DNA from: Chloroflexota bacterium
Lineage (GTDB): Bacteria; Chloroflexota; Limnocylindria; P2-11E
NCBI GenBank assembly: GCA_021787445.1
Contig: JAJYLV010000003.1
Span: forward strand, 20,437-84,436
Length of the DNA stretch: 64,000 nucleotides
Reading direction: 5' to 3'
The notes beneath the pieces were generated by a model that saw nothing but the letters and a program-made list of their open reading frames with translations, searched no databases and was not told where the DNA came from. This document shows positions 57,091 to 64,000 of the stretch, piece by piece (within the stretch, counting starts at the first letter, position 1; each line of letters begins with the position of its first letter). Position numbers and translations under genes: made by a program.

Positions 57091-57771
57091 CTACGTGCCG
57101 GCGGCGGGGTCACCCGGCGGCCCGAACACGGCGCGCCGGAGCGCCGGCCAGGTCCGCACGAACGCGTCCGCGCCCTCGAGCTTCGCGCCGGCATAGCCCC
57201 ACGCGACCTGGATGACGCGAGCGCCGGCGGAGTGCGCCATCTCGACGTCGGCGGGCGCGTCGCCCACGACGACGCACTCCTCGGGCGGGAGGCCGATCCG
57301 CGCCGCGGCGGCGAGGGCGAGGTCGGGGGCCGGCTTGGGCCGCGCGACCGAGTCGCCGCCCAGATACGCGTCGATCTCGCCGCGGATGCGCAGGCCGCGG
57401 AGGATGCGCTCGCAGTCGGCGGCGCGCTTCCCGGTCACGGTCGCCTGCCGCAGCCCCGCCTCGTGGAACGCGCGCAGAGTGGCGCGCGCGCCGCGATGGA
57501 GCCGCGTCGCGGGGATCGCGTCGCGCTCGTACAGCAGGCGGTATTCGTCGCGGTACGCGCTCGCGTCCGTCGGTGTGAGGTCGGGCCAGGCGATCCGGAA
57601 GATCTGCTCGAGAGGTGCTCCCGTCATCCGGCCGACGACGTCGGCGTCGAGCGCGGTGCCGCCGTGAGCGCCGATCACCCGGTTCGCCGTGTCGACGACG
57701 AGCCGCACGCTATCGGTGAGCGTCCCGTCGAGATCCCACAGCACTCCGCGGACGCGGCGGGCGGAGCTCAT
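57091..57771 (-). CDS. HAD-family hydrolase (phosphoglycolate phosphatase-like)
   Basis: Motif I VLWDLDGTLTDS; motif III/IV VVVGDAPADVEMAHSAGARVI. Confidence 0.8.
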   Translation of the reverse strand: MSSARRVRGVLWDLDGTLTDSVRLVVDTANRVIGAHGGTALDADVVGRMTGAPLEQIFRIAWPDLTPTDASAYRDEYRLLYERDAIPATRLHRGARATLRAFHEAGLRQATVTGKRAADCERILRGLRIRGEIDAYLGGDSVARPKPAPDLALAAAARIGLPPEECVVVGDAPADVEMAHSAGARVIQVAWGYAGAKLEGADAFVRTWPALRRAVFGPPGDPAAGT

Positions 57772-58289
57772 CGGACGATCGTCGCGAGGACGCCGACGAT
57801 GCCCGCGAGGGCGACGACCGTGACCGCGTTCAGCCGCTGCAGCAGCACGACGGCGACCGCGAGGCCGACCACGCTGACGACGTCGGTGAGCGCGACCCGC
57901 GCGATCGACACGAACCCGGCCGCGATGAGGCCGAGCGCGACCGGCGCGAGAGCGCGCGCGATCGCCCGTGGCCAGGCGAGCTCGCGCACGCGGTGCCAGA
58001 GGGTGACGGCCGTCAGGCCGATGACGGTCGGGGGCAGGAGGAAGGCGATCGTCGCGACGAGGGCGACGACAGGGCCCCCGATCCGCGCGCCGAGCGGGAT
58101 GATCATGAAGATCCCGGGGCCCGGGGTGATCTGACCGAGCGCGAACGACTGCCAGAAGGCCGTGTCGCTCACCCAGTGGTGCTCGCGCACGACGACGCGC
58201 TCCATCTCGGCGAGCACGGTGAGGCCACCACCGAAGGTGAGGAGACCGAGCCGCGAGAAGACGAGCGCGACCTCGACCAGATCCGGCAC
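57768..58289 (-). CDS. chrA: Chromate transporter, short ChrA (C-terminal-type half)
   Basis: FSRLGLLTFGGGLTVLAEMERVVV...GQITPGPG. Confidence 0.75.
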   Translation of the reverse strand: MPDLVEVALVFSRLGLLTFGGGLTVLAEMERVVVREHHWVSDTAFWQSFALGQITPGPGIFMIIPLGARIGGPVVALVATIAFLLPPTVIGLTAVTLWHRVRELAWPRAIARALAPVALGLIAAGFVSIARVALTDVVSVVGLAVAVVLLQRLNAVTVVALAGIVGVLATIVR

Positions 58290-58290
58290 G

Positions 58291-58845
58291 TCAGGCCCGC
58301 CGCGGCCGATGGCGCCACAGGTTCGCGCCGCCGAGCACGACGAGGATCACGACGAGCGGGACGCCGACGACCGACAGCGCGAGTGCCGCGACCGCGACGA
58401 CGACGTCGAGGGGGAGCCGCAGCCCACGCCGCGCGAGCCGGTAGAGCGTCACCGCGAGCAGGGCGGCCGCGCCGATCGTCACGCCGTGCAGCGCGCCCGC
58501 GACGTGCGGGTCGGCGATGAAGCGAACGAAGAACGCCGTGAGGAGCGAGATGAAGATCGCGCCCGGGACGGCGACGAGGACGGCGCCGAGAAGGCCCGAG
58601 CCGACGCCGCCCAGGCGGGTGCCGCAGTAGGCGGCGACGTTCATGAAGTTCGGTCCCGGCAGCGCCTGGGAGAGCGCGAGGCCCTCGAGGTAGTCGTCGT
58701 CGGTCATCCAGCGCAGCCGCCGGACGAACGCGTCGTAGAGGTAGGCCTGGCGCTGTCCCCCGAAGCTGATCAGGCCGATGACGAGGAACTGGCGTGCGAG
58801 GGCGAGCGGCTGTACGCCCGATGAGGTCGCGTCGGTCGCCTCCAC
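58291..58845 (-). CDS. chrA: Chromate transporter, short ChrA (N-terminal-type half)
   Basis: FLVIGLISFGGQRQAYLYDAFV...LSQALPGPNFMNVAAYCG. Confidence 0.75.
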   Translation of the reverse strand: MEATDATSSGVQPLALARQFLVIGLISFGGQRQAYLYDAFVRRLRWMTDDDYLEGLALSQALPGPNFMNVAAYCGTRLGGVGSGLLGAVLVAVPGAIFISLLTAFFVRFIADPHVAGALHGVTIGAAALLAVTLYRLARRGLRLPLDVVVAVAALALSVVGVPLVVILVVLGGANLWRHRPRRA

Positions 58846-58908
58846 TGCAGGGAGATCATGACGCGCTCGGGTCGAGGACGCGAAGCGGATCGCGCAGAGT
58901 GCCCCGCG

Positions 58909-60069
58909 CTACGGCGACGGCGTGTCCGCGAGCGTCGCCTTCAGCGTCAGCGTCTCTGAGCCGCGCCTGACGCTGAGCGACACCGTGTCGCCTGGCTTGT
59001 GCGAATCGACGATCCGCGCGAGCGACGACTCGTCCGTCAGAGCCTGCCCGTCGATGGCGGTGATCACGTCGCGCGCGCGAAGGCCGGCTTTGTCGGCGGG
59101 CGACCCCGACACGACGCGGCTCACGAGCACGCCCTTGACGCTCGACGCGATCCCCACCTGCGCCGCGAGCGCGGGCGTCAGGTAGCCGTAATAGATCCCG
59201 AGGAACGCGTGCGTCGCGTGTCCCTTCGAGATGAGCTCCTCGGCGATCGGTTTGGCGGCCGAGATCGCGATCGCGAACCCGATCCCCTGCGCGGGGACGC
59301 CGGGCTCGGCCTGCGTCTGCACCAGCGTGTTGATGCCGATGACGTCCCCGCTGAGGTCGACGAGAGGACCGCCGGAGTTGCCGGGGTTGATCGCGGCGTC
59401 CGTCTGGATGAGGTCGAAGAGGAACGGCCCCGCCGCGCCGGTGTTCGGGTCGGACGGCTCCTGCACCGTGCGGTGCACGGCGCTCACGACGCCCGCGGTG
59501 ACCGTGGGGCCGCCGGGAAGGGCGAGCGCGTTGCCGATCGCGATCACCCAGTCCCCCGGCTCGGCGGTCGAGGAGTCGCCGAGCGTCGCGACGGGGAGGT
59601 CGTTCCCGCTGATCTGCAGCACCGCGAGGTCCGTCCGGGCGTCGTGCCCGATGACCTTCGCGTCGAACACGCGGCCGTCGGGAAGCGTCGCCAGGAGCTT
59701 CTGCGCCCCCTCGATGACGTGGTCGTTCGTGAGGATGTGGCCCTGCTGGTCGAAGATGATCCCGCTGCCGACGCCCGCCGGGATGTTCTGCGCCACGCCC
59801 GACAGGTCGACGTTCACCTGCTCGTTCGTCACCTGGACCACGGCCGGCCGCACCCTCTGCGCGATGTCGTGGACCGCGGTGGCGAGGGAGACGCCGGCGC
59901 CGGGACCGCTGCCCGACGGCCTCGCGGTCTGCGATGCCGCGGGCGCCCCGCCGCTCGCCCGCGCGCTCGCCGACGGCGACGGCGAGGGACCGCCCAAGAG
60001 GCCGCAGCCGCCGAGGATCGTCGCGACGAGGATGAGCGCCGCGGTGCGTCCGCGCATCGAGGCCATCAC
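58909..60069 (-). CDS. HtrA/DegP-family trypsin-like serine protease with PDZ domain, lipoprotein
   Basis: Lipobox ILGGCG; catalytic His TNDHVIEGA, Asp DLAVLQI, Ser GNSGGPLVD; C-terminal PDZ. Confidence 0.85.
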   Translation of the reverse strand: MMASMRGRTAALILVATILGGCGLLGGPSPSPSASARASGGAPAASQTARPSGSGPGAGVSLATAVHDIAQRVRPAVVQVTNEQVNVDLSGVAQNIPAGVGSGIIFDQQGHILTNDHVIEGAQKLLATLPDGRVFDAKVIGHDARTDLAVLQISGNDLPVATLGDSSTAEPGDWVIAIGNALALPGGPTVTAGVVSAVHRTVQEPSDPNTGAAGPFLFDLIQTDAAINPGNSGGPLVDLSGDVIGINTLVQTQAEPGVPAQGIGFAIAISAAKPIAEELISKGHATHAFLGIYYGYLTPALAAQVGIASSVKGVLVSRVVSGSPADKAGLRARDVITAIDGQALTDESSLARIVDSHKPGDTVSLSVRRGSETLTLKATLADTPSP

Positions 60070-60137
60070 TTCTCCCCCGAGCAGGACTGACGCCAGCCTG
60101 CCGCCCGCTCTCCGCCGAAACTACAGTCGAAAGCCAC

Positions 60138-61226
60138 ATGTCGCCACGGGCCATCACCGCATGGGCGATCGCGTTCTCCCTGGCATTCGGGGCCTGCGCG
60201 CCCGCCGGACCGCCGGCGAGAACGACCGCGGGGCCCGCGGGGACGCCGTCCGGCGCGGCTGCCCGGTCCGCGCCCCCCTCGGCGCCGGCGTCAGCGTCGG
60301 CTCCACCCCGGCTCCCCGCGCTCCCGGGGGCGGACGCCGCCCGGCCGTCGCCGGGCAAGGGGATCCCCTTCGTCGGCCACCTTCTCATCGCCGACCGCGG
60401 CAACGCGCGCATCGTCGAGATCGACCCCGCCGGCAACGAGACGTGGGCGTTCCCGGCGAAGGGCGAGGTCGTGCCTCCGCACTTCGGACCCTGGGACGAC
60501 GCCTTCTACACGCCCGACCGCGCGCAGGTCATCGCCAACGCGGAGGACGACCAGGTCGTCATCGCGATCGACGTCGCGACGGCGCGGATCACCTGGCACG
60601 CCGGGATCCCGGGGGTCCGCGAGAAAGGGGCGGCGGGGTTCGATACGCCGGACGATGCCGTCCCCGCGCTCGACGGCACGATCCACGTCGCGGACATCCG
60701 CAACTGCCGCATCGTCCACTTGAGCGGCTCCGGCGAGTATCTCGGCGCGCTCGGCAGCGGCATCTGCCGGCACGATCCGCCGCGATCGTTCGGCTCGCCC
60801 AACGGCGCGTTCCCGACGCCCGACGGCGGGCTCGTCGTCACCGAGATCAACGGGAGCTGGGTGGACTGGCTGCGCCCGGACGGGACGCTCGACAGGGCCG
60901 TACGCACGCCCGCGGCGTATCCGTCCGACGCGCTGCCCTATCCCGACGGGAGCGTCCTGCTCACGGACTACAGCAGGCCGGGTCAGGTCATCCGGATCGC
61001 GAAGGACGGCAGCGTCCGCTGGCGCTATCGCCCCAAGGGCACCCGGGCGCTCGACCACCCGTCGATAGCCCTCCCGCTCGCGCAGGACCGCGTCGCGGTC
61101 TGCGACGACCACGGCGGCCGTGTGATCATCGTCGATCCGACGACGGACGAGGTCGTGAGGGAGTACACGACCGTCGGCGGGGTGCGCCTGCACCTGCCGG
61201 ACGGCCTCTCCTACCGCGCCGACTGA
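60138..61226 (+). CDS. NHL/beta-propeller repeat lipoprotein
   Basis: Lipobox LAFGAC; repeated ...DRGNARIVEID..., ...HVADIRNCRIVHL..., ...CDDHGGRVIIVD... NHL-like blades. Confidence 0.6.
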   Translation: MSPRAITAWAIAFSLAFGACAPAGPPARTTAGPAGTPSGAAARSAPPSAPASASAPPRLPALPGADAARPSPGKGIPFVGHLLIADRGNARIVEIDPAGNETWAFPAKGEVVPPHFGPWDDAFYTPDRAQVIANAEDDQVVIAIDVATARITWHAGIPGVREKGAAGFDTPDDAVPALDGTIHVADIRNCRIVHLSGSGEYLGALGSGICRHDPPRSFGSPNGAFPTPDGGLVVTEINGSWVDWLRPDGTLDRAVRTPAAYPSDALPYPDGSVLLTDYSRPGQVIRIAKDGSVRWRYRPKGTRALDHPSIALPLAQDRVAVCDDHGGRVIIVDPTTDEVVREYTTVGGVRLHLPDGLSYRAD

Positions 61227-61331
61227 CCACGCCCTGCCGGTCGGTCGCGGCCGAGATGAAGGGCCGCCAAGAGAGGCGCGGCCGCTGCGTCACCCGGGCG
61301 AGATCGCCTGGGCCGCGCCGGCGGCCCGCCG

Positions 61332-62777
61332 CTAGGCCGTCCCGCTCCGCGTCGTGATCCGGCTGAAGCCGTGGAAGGCCGCATAGAGGACGAAGGCGAG
61401 CACGAACCCCACCAGGAACGTGAGGTCGCCGAGCTGTGGCGCCGCGATGGGGATGGGACCGGTGTACAGCGCCTGGGCCGCGAAGAGGTAGATCGACACG
61501 ACCCCCGCGATGAGCATCGCGGCGAAGCCCGCCCAGGTGGCGTGCGTCCGCGAGAAGAAGATCGACTCGTCGCCGAAGTCCCCGCGGCGCAGCACGTGGT
61601 CGGCGAAGACGACGCCGAGCCACGGAGCGATCCAGTAGCTGATGACGAGGAGGAAGTCCTCGTACTTGCTCCCGGGGCCGACGTTCGCCTGGAAGGCGAT
61701 GCCGACGACGAGGCCGAGGACGCCGGAGGCGATGGCCACGATCGCGCGGCGCTGGTGGAGCGGGAGGCGGATACCCAGGGTGAGGAACGACATCGCGCCC
61801 GAGTAGATGTTGAGCACGTTCGCGGAGACCGCGCCGAGCGCGATGGCAAGGAGCGTGGCCTTGAAGAGGAGGTCGGGCAGCGCGTGCGCGAGCTGCGCGG
61901 TCGGGATGTCGTTCGGCCCCCACTGCGTCCCGGCGACGGTCGCGAGCCCCGCGCCGGCGATCTCGAGGATGACGCACGAGAGGAACACGCCGGACCCCGC
62001 CCACCAGCCGACGGCGCGGCGATCGACCGTCGGGCGCTGGTAGCGCGTGTAGTCGGAGGCGTAGGGGTTCCACCCCGCGGCATAACCGAAGGCCGCGGCG
62101 GTCGTGAGCATGAACGCGCCGATGTCACCGCCGAAGGCGATGGGCGCCTTGGCGTTGAAGCCGACGGCGTGGCTGTGCGCGAGGATGAAGATCGTCGCCA
62201 GGCCGAAGATGATCGCCAGCGGGACGAAGGCGTAGCGCTCGAACGCGTGCACGAGGTTGTGCCCGAAGAACGCCACGAGGACCTGCGCCGCGACGACGAT
62301 GAGGAACGCGAGCCAGAAGAGCGGGATGTTGAAGAGCGCCATGAGGGCGAAGGCGCCGCTCACGCTGTTGACGATGAACCAGCCGATCGCCGCGGTGAAC
62401 GTGTTGAGCCCGGCCGGCAGGATGTTCCCGCGGTAGCCGAACGCCGCGCGGCCCTGGACCATCTGCGGCACGCCGAAGCGCGGTCCCCACGAGCTGAGGA
62501 TCGCGTGCGTCAGCGATCCGAGGGCGCTCCCGATGACGATCCCGGCGACGACGGTGCCGAGGCTCCCGCCGAAGAGGACGATGCCGAGCACTCCGACGTA
62601 TACCGTCGCGAACTCCAGGTTCGGCGACATCCACGTCCAGAACAGGTCGATCGGCCGGCCGTGCCGCTCGCGGAGCGGGATGTACTCGACGCCGCCCGGC
62701 TCGACCGCGGCGATACGCTCGCCGTACTCACCCTCACGCGTGGGGACGCGCTGCTCGACGACCTCCGCGCTCGCCAT
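61332..62777 (-). CDS. NCS1-family nucleobase/cation symporter (cytosine/purine/allantoin permease-like)
   Basis: 481 aa, 12 TM; N-terminal VPTREGEYGERIAAVEPGGVEYIPLRERHGRPIDLFWTWMSPNLEF typical of NCS1. Confidence 0.75.
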   Translation of the reverse strand: MASAEVVEQRVPTREGEYGERIAAVEPGGVEYIPLRERHGRPIDLFWTWMSPNLEFATVYVGVLGIVLFGGSLGTVVAGIVIGSALGSLTHAILSSWGPRFGVPQMVQGRAAFGYRGNILPAGLNTFTAAIGWFIVNSVSGAFALMALFNIPLFWLAFLIVVAAQVLVAFFGHNLVHAFERYAFVPLAIIFGLATIFILAHSHAVGFNAKAPIAFGGDIGAFMLTTAAAFGYAAGWNPYASDYTRYQRPTVDRRAVGWWAGSGVFLSCVILEIAGAGLATVAGTQWGPNDIPTAQLAHALPDLLFKATLLAIALGAVSANVLNIYSGAMSFLTLGIRLPLHQRRAIVAIASGVLGLVVGIAFQANVGPGSKYEDFLLVISYWIAPWLGVVFADHVLRRGDFGDESIFFSRTHATWAGFAAMLIAGVVSIYLFAAQALYTGPIPIAAPQLGDLTFLVGFVLAFVLYAAFHGFSRITTRSGTA

Positions 62778-62855
62778 TCCCTCTCCTCCGCATCGCCTGC
62801 GCCCGCATCGCCTGCGCGAGGGGCGAGTGTATCCGAGCGGCCCGGCGAGCGACTG

Positions 62856-64000
62856 TCAGTCCGCTTCGGCCGACGCGACGCCGCCCTCCACGTCGAGCAC
62901 GAACGCGGGCTCGACGCCGAGCTCTTCCTCGCGGCCTCCGCGCAGCGCCGACGCGGCCCCGGCGAGAACGCACAGCGCGACGGAGACAAGAAGCGCGAGG
63001 CGGATCCCGTCGACGAACGGCGTCGCGAGCAGTCGGGCGAAGAAGTGCGGGTCGCTGATGCGCGCGAGGACGCCGGGCGGCAGCGCGCTGAGCATCGCCG
63101 GCGGCGCGATGTGGGCGATCGGGTCGTAGCCGAGCATCGCCGCGAAGATCGCTCCTCCCGGCGGCAGCGAGGCGAGGCCCGCGGCCACGCTCGACGGCAG
63201 CCCGGCCGCCTGCGTTCCCGCGCGGACGCTCGGCCCGAGCGTGCTCCCGAGCGAGACGACGACGAGCGTGAAGAAGATGGCCTGGCTCAGGGTCGCGCCG
63301 GCGTTGAAGATCGTCGTGCGCATCCCCGCCGCCGACCCGCGGTGCTCCGCGGGGACCGCGCTCATGATCTGCGAGGTGTTGGGCGCTCCGAAGAAGCCCA
63401 TCCCGGCGCCCATGACGAACAGGTAGACCCCGAGGTGGACGATGTCGAAGTCCGCGGGAAGGGTCATGAGCAGGAGCGCGCCCGCGGCGCCGATGAGGAT
63501 CCCACCGGTGGCGATGACGCGCGCTCCGTAGCGGTCGCTGAGCCAGCCGCCCATCGGCCCGCAGACGACGAAGCCGACCATGAGCGGCAGCATCGCGATC
63601 CCCGCGCGCAGCGGCGTGTCGGAGTACGCGACGCCGTGCAGCGGCAGCCAGATGCCCTGGAGCCAGATGATGAGCATGAACTGGAGCCCGCCGCGCGCCA
63701 GCGAGAAGAGGAAGGTCGCGACGCTCCCGAAGAGGAACCCGCGGATGCGGAACATCGCGAGGTCGAACATCGGGCTGGCGGCGCGCCGCTCGATGGCGAT
63801 GAAGGCGACGAGCGCCACCACGCCGACCGCGAGAGACGCCACGACGACGGGGTTCGTCCAGCCCATGTCGCTGCGGCCGTAGGGCGTGAGCGCCTCCGTC
63901 AGCCCGAACATGAGCGCGAGAAGGCCCGCCGCGAAGGTGAGGTTCCCGAGCGGGTCGAGGGGCTGCGGCCGGCGGTGCCCGACCTCGCGCAGCGCGATGA
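62856..64000 (-). CDS. MFS transporter (DHA2-like), 5' end beyond window
   Basis: C-terminal ~350 aa with multiple TMs and GFFGAPNTSQIMSAVP (DHA2-type TM11 region); the frame stays open to the window end. Confidence 0.65.
   Translation of the reverse strand, partial: IALREVGHRRPQPLDPLGNLTFAAGLLALMFGLTEALTPYGRSDMGWTNPVVVASLAVGVVALVAFIAIERRAASPMFDLAMFRIRGFLFGSVATFLFSLARGGLQFMLIIWLQGIWLPLHGVAYSDTPLRAGIAMLPLMVGFVVCGPMGGWLSDRYGARVIATGGILIGAAGALLLMTLPADFDIVHLGVYLFVMGAGMGFFGAPNTSQIMSAVPAEHRGSAAGMRTTIFNAGATLSQAIFFTLVVVSLGSTLGPSVRAGTQAAGLPSSVAAGLASLPPGGAIFAAMLGYDPIAHIAPPAMLSALPPGVLARISDPHFFARLLATPFVDGIRLALLVSVALCVLAGAASALRGGREEELGVEPAFVLDVEGGVASAEAD

Noticed and set aside
1-64000. CRISPR arrays, IS elements, integrase/transposase genes
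   Set aside because: No direct-repeat/spacer periodicity, no transposase/integrase-like ORFs or terminal inverted repeats were recognised anywhere in the window.

Overview
This is a high-GC (about 70%+) window, probably from an actinobacterial-type chromosome, densely coding on both strands, with no rRNA, tRNA or CRISPR detected. All calls rest on reading the supplied six-frame translations and motifs by eye.

Gene content, in order:
- Positions 27-5917: a stress/dormancy-type block with a tandem universal stress protein (USP) translationally coupled to an MgtA-like P-type ATPase, followed by a LonC-like protease.
- Positions 5983-8750 (minus strand): an operon of a hemerythrin-like protein, a GT4 glycosyltransferase and a GH130 glycoside phosphorylase/hydrolase.
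- Position 9479: a YbaK-type deacylase.
- Positions 10.3-21.7 kb: a tight-adherence (Tad/Flp) pilus assembly locus with TadE x2, a TadG-like protein, CpaB, CpaF, TadB and a vWA::TadC fusion. It is preceded by two atypical LuxR regulators and ends in a large PT-repeat/Cna-B-type surface protein. The locus is bracketed by two paralogous sortase-fold proteins in which the canonical catalytic Cys is Ser (TLQTS). No flp pilin, prepilin peptidase or CpaE/TadZ gene was seen.
- Positions 22.5-27.3 kb: a second stress block with a GyrI-like protein, two more tandem USPs, a membrane protein, a Zn-dependent alcohol dehydrogenase and a small zinc-ribbon protein.
- Positions 28-31.5 kb: an F420-type LLM oxidoreductase; a receiver-only response regulator co-operonic with a LigD polymerase (primase-polymerase) domain gene; and a convergent ATP-dependent DNA ligase (split NHEJ-like module, no Ku seen).
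- Positions 31.5-40.6 kb: VIT-family transporter, DksA/TraR zinc finger, OmpR regulator, DAHP synthase, gamma-carbonic-anhydrase-like hexapeptide protein, histidine utilisation genes hutH and hutU, an MFS transporter, dCTP deaminase and a thioesterase.
- Positions 40.6-45.2 kb: a livKHMGF-type ABC operon.
- Positions 45.4-64 kb: a TRASH/YHS metal-binding protein, a phosphoribosyltransferase plus dienelactone hydrolase pair in overlapping frames (Rv0571c-like), GT4, a small membrane protein-RR-HK operon, an E2 acyltransferase, a subtilisin, GDPD, a SnoaL-like protein, a CoA-binding protein, DUF1003, inorganic pyrophosphatase, EamA, HAD, split ChrA, HtrA, an NHL lipoprotein, an NCS1 permease and an MFS transporter.

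The most notable candidate for a new system is the Tad locus with the Ser-variant sortase-like pair and its putative C-terminally sorted surface protein. Other oddities include a DKTNT (not DKTGT) P-type ATPase motif and a degenerate P-loop in the Lon-like protease. Many long Arg/Pro-rich antisense ORFs in the track are GC artefacts.
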